The translations under genes were made by a program, and so were the position numbers. Positions 54,586 to 59,281 of a stretch of DNA of 59,281 nucleotides are shown one piece after another (position 1 is the first letter of the stretch; each line of letters begins with the position of its first letter). The notes under the pieces are model-generated. The model was given only the letters and a program-made list of their open reading frames with translations. It searched no databases and was not told the origin of the DNA. This DNA comes from a bacterium (GTDB lineage: Bacteria > Patescibacteriota > Microgenomatia > UBA12405), in the NCBI GenBank assembly GCA_021817905.1, contig JAKAFM010000004.1:1-59281 (forward strand), in the 5' to 3' direction.

Positions 54586-55053
54586 CTATTGGACAATACC
54601 GTTTTGATCGACAACCAAACCATAATCATCACGAAGATTATTGTCTTTGTTTTCGGTGTCATCCAGCATAGTATTTTCAACAAAGTACAAACTTTGATCT
54701 TTACCTAGTTTATAGCTTTGAATTTCTTCGTCTGATTCTTTGGGTAATAAATCCACCTGAGTACGACCGTCGGCAGTTTTTGATGTTTTCATGGAGTAAT
54801 TTACAAATGCCTTTTGAGCATCGGCAGATAATTCACCAGGATAAATTTTGTAGGCTACCTTGGCAACAGGTGAATCTGTTAACTTCATACCTTTAGTAAG
54901 GAAGGCGGGACGTTTAGGGGCTGAGGAGGCTTGTGATTGGGCGGTTATAGCGGCGTTCCAAGCACGCATGGTTTGAATTTTATGTTTAATGAGTAATGCA
55001 CTTTCGAGGGCAATAATAATAAGGAGAACAATGATGATAGTATTTTTTGACAT
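54586..55053 (-). CDS. Membrane-anchored hypothetical protein
   Basis: N-terminal TM and an acidic C-terminus (DDTENKDNNLRDD). Confidence 0.65.
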   Translation of the reverse strand: MSKNTIIIVLLIIIALESALLIKHKIQTMRAWNAAITAQSQASSAPKRPAFLTKGMKLTDSPVAKVAYKIYPGELSADAQKAFVNYSMKTSKTADGRTQVDLLPKESDEEIQSYKLGKDQSLYFVENTMLDDTENKDNNLRDDYGLVVDQNGIVQ

Positions 55054-55133
55054 ATTTATTTGGATTTTATACTACTACTTAATCAGTGTAAAGATTTAAT
55101 TTTATTCATACCATAAAATGGTAGAATTTTGGA

Positions 55134-56229
55134 ATGAGAAAGCTTTTATTGCTTATGTTTTTGAGCTTATGGTTTTGGGGAGGATTAACCAAACCATCAT
55201 TGGCGGCTTCTGGTGATAACCAAACGGATCAACAGACAATGGATGGAAAGATAGATAAAATAGTTGAAGAAAAGACTATTACAGTTATGGATACGAAACA
55301 ACTTTACCAGAAATTGGAAGTAACCATAACTTCAGGAGAAAAAAAAAGGTGAAAAAGTTATTATTGAAAACGGCAATGAACCGCTGGCAACCAATATTCG
55401 TTATCATCTTTATGACCGGGTAATTGTAAGTTCGAGCTTGGGGACAGATGGTAGCGAGCATTTTTTTATTATGGATTTCGTTAGAACAGACAGTTTGGTT
55501 TTGTTGACAATTATTTTTGTGGCTGTAACTTTGCTTGTAGCCAGGTGGAAAGGGTTGGCGTCAGTGGTTAGTATGGCACTAACTTTTTTACTTATTATGG
55601 TATTTGTTTTACCAAAGTTGGCGGATGGAGTTAATCCGGTTTTGATTGCTTTAGTGGCATCGGCATTAATTATTCCGGTAACTTTTTATTTGTCCCATGG
55701 GGTTAATAAAAAAACGACGGCGGCTATTTTGGCTTCCTGGATCACTCTATTGTTTACCGGATTTTTGGCATATATATTTATTAACCTTGGAAAACTTTCC
55801 GGAACAGCTTCCGACGAGGCGGCGACATTGTCAACCTTTCTGCACGGAACTGTAAATATGAAAGGGTTATTGTTGGCTGGATTCATAATCGGAACTTTGG
55901 GAATTTTGGATGATATTACTATTTCTCAGGCGGCGATCGTAGAGGCATTGGCAAAAACTACGAAACACAAACTTGGACATCTTTACAGTAAGGGAATGGA
56001 AGTTGGACGCGATCATATTTCATCGAATGTGAATACATTAATTTTGGTGTATGCCGGAACCTCGTTGCCATTAATGCTTATTTTTATTGATAATCCTCAT
56101 CCTTTTTCTGAGGTGGTTAATTATGAATTTATAGCCGAGGCTATTATTCGAACTTTAGTAGGAAGTATTGGGTTGGTAATAGCGGTTCCAGTGACAACTT
56201 TAATTGCAGCTTGGTTTTATTCCAGTTAG
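55134..56229 (+). pseudogene. YibE/F-family membrane protein split by a frameshift in an A9 tract
   Basis: Removing one A from 55339-55347 joins ORF 55134 to ORF 55438 (EKKGEKVIIENG...YHLYDRVIV...DFVR). YibE/F motifs: LGILDDITISQ, VGRDHI, VNTLILVYAG. Confidence 0.82.
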
Positions 56230-56240
56230 AATGGAAGTGG

Positions 56241-57389
56241 ATGCAGAAAAGAAGCTGGTTGGCGATAGGTATTGGGATTGTTATTGTGGGCTTTATTGGA
56301 GTTTTATATAAAGGTGTTTTATATCAAAAAAGTGTGGAATTGAATCAGCTTGAGCAGCGGCAGCAATTAGCAGAAAACCAACTCATTGATGTCAATAAAA
56401 AATTAGAACAAGTTTCAACTCAATATCAGATTTTGCAAAACAGTAACCCAATACAACTTACCAAGCAATTTAAGGATAGTATCGGAACGTATGAAAAAAT
56501 TGTTGATTTACAGAAATCAGGTGCGAAAACACAACCACTAGAAGTGCTATGGGCGGAAGTGATGGCAGATATCGCTAATAATAATACCTCGTCGGCGAGT
56601 GCTGACCTAAACAAGTTACAGACGGCTGTGTCCCAGACGGAGACAGCATTGGTATCAACTCCCCCACCAACTCAACTGCCTGTTTCTAATTCCCCACCCG
56701 GAAGTGGCTTTTCGCAACAGGTAGTCACGATTGATAGTGGCAGCTTTGTCGTTTCAATTGTCAGCGCAGATTTAAAAACGTCTAAATTAATTGTCGATAC
56801 AGCATCAGAACATGATTGTGGAAATAACTGTCCAGTAAACTCGCTTGATTTTTACGCACGGAGAAGTGGCGCTTTTGCCGGCGTGAATGGGCCATATTTT
56901 TGTCCAGATACCTACCCAACATGTGCCGATAAGAAAAATTCATTCGACACTCTATTAATGAATAAAAATAAAGTATATTTTAATTCTGATAATAATGTCT
57001 ATAGTACTAATCCGGTGGCAATATTTTCAACATCATCCCGATTTGAAGAAAAAGGTCAAGCTTGGGGGCGAGATACCAGTGTTGATAGTGTAATTATGGG
57101 AAGACCGCTTTTGGTGTTTAATAATTCTGTTTGGTTTAATGGTAACAGTGATTCTAAGGAGACAAGTAAAGGAAATCGGGCTTTTGTGGGGGCAACTGAT
57201 GGGACAGTGTATATAGGTATTGTTCACTCAGCAACAGTAGCGCAAGTTGCTCAGGTATTAGCAAAATTAGGAATCAGAAACGCTATTAATTTGGACAGTG
57301 GAGGGTCAGCTGCAATGTGGGTTAATGGAAAATATATTATCGGACCAGGGAGAAATTTACCTTTTGGGGTTTTATTGGTGAAAAGATGA
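56241..57389 (+). CDS. Phosphodiester glycosidase (NAGPA/DUF2233) family protein with coiled-coil stalk
   Basis: TM, coiled coil, AGVNGPYF, NRAFVG, AINLDSGGS. Start at the ATG at 56241. Confidence 0.82.
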   Translation: MQKRSWLAIGIGIVIVGFIGVLYKGVLYQKSVELNQLEQRQQLAENQLIDVNKKLEQVSTQYQILQNSNPIQLTKQFKDSIGTYEKIVDLQKSGAKTQPLEVLWAEVMADIANNNTSSASADLNKLQTAVSQTETALVSTPPPTQLPVSNSPPGSGFSQQVVTIDSGSFVVSIVSADLKTSKLIVDTASEHDCGNNCPVNSLDFYARRSGAFAGVNGPYFCPDTYPTCADKKNSFDTLLMNKNKVYFNSDNNVYSTNPVAIFSTSSRFEEKGQAWGRDTSVDSVIMGRPLLVFNNSVWFNGNSDSKETSKGNRAFVGATDGTVYIGIVHSATVAQVAQVLAKLGIRNAINLDSGGSAAMWVNGKYIIGPGRNLPFGVLLVKR

Positions 57390-58617
57390 GATAGAGTATA
57401 GAACTTATTCCCTGACCAATAATCCAGCCATAGCCAATACCTCTTAACCCTAACAGTGCAAGCAAAGTGCAGGAAATTATGATTGATGCAGCATTGAAAA
57501 CGTTCATAAAGACATAGGCTTTGTGGTGATGGGTTATGTTTAGAAGCGTATCAACAACAATGTTACATGATACAAATATTGAACCTATTGTTAAAAGATG
57601 AAGAACGATAAGTCCCTCGTGTGAATAGCCTTTCCCAAAAGCTAACAGAACATATTTACCAACGAGATTAACGCAAATTATTGCCGGAATTAAGAGAACA
57701 AAAATGGTTTTTATTGATTTTTTTAGATGGGTAGCAATGGTTAATTCGTCATGAGAACCTTCGGCAAAAAGTGATTGTGAAACCGACTTAGGAATAATGT
57801 GAAGAATATTAACGATCATTAATGGCATATAAAAGTAGGCGGCACTTTGGGCATTAAGCCGGTTGGTGATAATGAGCGGTAGGAGTAATACCGGGAGGGA
57901 ATTACAGATAGTGGCTAAATGGTTTGCTAGTGAAAATCGAGCGATCCGGTGAAGAATTGCATAATCAATATGAAGTGAAAAATGGTAATTAAATTTTTTA
58001 GAAAGAATCATAATACAAGCAAAAACGGTGATCATGAAGGCAACCCCAAAAGAAAGAAATATTCCATATCCAGCAAGGGCAACAAACAAAAAAGGCAAGA
58101 GCAACTTAGTAAAACCGGTAATAACATTTTTAATCAGAACATATTTTGCTTGACGATAGGCGATAAAAACATTTTCAAATAAGGTTGATGAGGCCGAAAA
58201 AATCACAATAATAATAAAGGTGACGATATAAAACGTGTTTTGGCGAAGAAAAACTAATTCTGGAGATAGTCGAGGGAGAAAAAATAAAAATATAAGTGAA
58301 AACAGAACACTAAACAGAGAAATAACAGAAAGTGAAGTGTTAATAATATGATCTTTATTGATAGTTTTGGAAAAATAGTGAATTAATCCATTAGTGAGGC
58401 CGAAAAAACTTAGGGTTATTATGAGCGAAGATACAGAGATCAAATCCGTAGATACACCAACCATAGAAGGAGTAAAAAGACGCGCATTGACAATCCAAAA
58501 GATAAAACCAATTACGGAAACAATGGCAGTGCTGGCCATTAGATAGAAGGAGTTACTGGTCAGTGAGTCGTCTCTGAGTTGAGCGACAGTATTTTTGGCA
58601 ACTTTTACAAGGTTCAC
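57337..58617 (-). CDS. Wzx/MOP-superfamily oligosaccharide flippase
   Basis: NSFYLMAS...GFIFWIVNARLFTPSMVG, about 12 TMs, AAYFY, LAFGKGYS. Confidence 0.85.
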   Translation of the reverse strand: MNLVKVAKNTVAQLRDDSLTSNSFYLMASTAIVSVIGFIFWIVNARLFTPSMVGVSTDLISVSSLIITLSFFGLTNGLIHYFSKTINKDHIINTSLSVISLFSVLFSLIFLFFLPRLSPELVFLRQNTFYIVTFIIIVIFSASSTLFENVFIAYRQAKYVLIKNVITGFTKLLLPFLFVALAGYGIFLSFGVAFMITVFACIMILSKKFNYHFSLHIDYAILHRIARFSLANHLATICNSLPVLLLPLIITNRLNAQSAAYFYMPLMIVNILHIIPKSVSQSLFAEGSHDELTIATHLKKSIKTIFVLLIPAIICVNLVGKYVLLAFGKGYSHEGLIVLHLLTIGSIFVSCNIVVDTLLNITHHHKAYVFMNVFNAASIIISCTLLALLGLRGIGYGWIIGQGISSILYLIFSPIKPQKVNFSLVR

Positions 58618-58681
58618 AATATGGTATTTTACACTGAATAGTTTGCTAGAATGAGGTACGATCAGTCAAAAAATAAAAAAA

Positions 58682-59281
58682 ATGATGAAGCTTGTTGGAC
58701 CGGGGATTATTACCGGGGCGGCGGATGACGACCCATCGGGAATTGCGACTTATAGTCAAACTGGGGCTCAATTTGGGTATGGACAATTATGGACAGTACT
58801 TTTTATTTTGCCATTTTTAACGGCAGTACAGGAAGCTTGCGCTCGAATTGGGGCCGTTACTGGCAAAGGAATTGCTGCCGTGGTTAGACAACATTATTCA
58901 AAAAAAGTCCTCTATTTTGTTGTAGGACTAGTATTGGTGGCAAACACTATTAACATTGGGGCAGATATCGGAGCGATGGCAGCAGCGGCACAGCTAGTAG
59001 TACCCATTAATTTTGCATTTTTAACTATAGGTTTTACCGTCCTAATTTTATTACTGGAAGTATTTACCTCGTATAAAGTTTATTCGCGAATTTTGAAGTG
59101 GCTAGCCCTTGCATTGATTGCCTATTTATTATCCTTAGCAATGATAAAAGTGCCATGGATCACAGTACTTAAGGCAACTTTTATTCCTCATATGGAATTT
59201 AATCCGGCCTTTTTATTTATTATTACCGGAGTTTTTGGAACTACCATTTCGCCCTATATGTTTTTTTGGGAAGCATCCGAA
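58682..59281 (+). CDS. NRAMP-family divalent metal transporter, runs off the right edge
   Basis: Hand translation: GPGIITGAADDDPSGIATYSQTGAQFGY...QEACARIGAVTGKG...NTINIGAD...GTTISPYMFFW. Confidence 0.9.
   Translation, partial: MMKLVGPGIITGAADDDPSGIATYSQTGAQFGYGQLWTVLFILPFLTAVQEACARIGAVTGKGIAAVVRQHYSKKVLYFVVGLVLVANTINIGADIGAMAAAAQLVVPINFAFLTIGFTVLILLLEVFTSYKVYSRILKWLALALIAYLLSLAMIKVPWITVLKATFIPHMEFNPAFLFIITGVFGTTISPYMFFWEASE

Noticed and set aside
5999-58182. Many short ORFs nested in or antisense to well-supported genes (for example 7046-7498, 9727-10047, 21604-21984, 41851-42228, 49246-49785)
   Set aside because: They have no motifs, overlap confidently assigned genes completely, and are expected by chance.
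58647-58681. NRAMP start at ATG 58651 with a frameshift in the A-runs
   Set aside because: In-frame ATGs at 58682 and 58685 precede the conserved GPG motif, and the ATG at 58651 overlaps a TAGAAT -10 box, so no frameshift is needed.

Overview
Gene-dense, AT-rich bacterial window using the standard code. Gene content and promoter style (-10 box just upstream of the start codon, little Shine-Dalgarno signal) suggest a Patescibacteria/CPR genome, probably Microgenomates-type; this is an inference. I found no rRNA, tRNA, CRISPR array or intact transposase. The flanks (1-19.7 kb and 40.3-59.3 kb) hold housekeeping, envelope and redox genes: a MutY lacking the Fe-S cysteines, a sortase fusion, mscL, an ABC exporter pair, queA, a P1B-ATPase, an OmpR/kinase/MacAB-like operon, msrBA, two GT-C glycosyltransferases, dinB, an ApbE flavinylation module, greA, DgkA/PAP2 enzymes, a frameshifted YibE/F gene, a flippase and NRAMP. 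The middle ~20.5 kb looks accessory and has two parts. (1) 19.7-29.2 kb is a more AT-rich cluster: a LysRS paralog with a rewired active site, an amidohydrolase, an SsuABC-like importer with two Thr-type sulfatase-superfamily genes and a Tyr-to-Met GTP cyclohydrolase II nested inside it, and an MccF-like S66 peptidase. It ends in a deletion scar with an IS256-like end between two gene remnants. (2) 29.3-40.2 kb holds two tandem three-gene surface cassettes (lipoprotein, small membrane-anchored protein, large Cys-rich protein) with conserved ends and unrelated cores, resembling a polymorphic, swappable system. A direct-repeat plus -10 promoter motif with identical spacing at four loci defines a candidate regulon for the two-component system.
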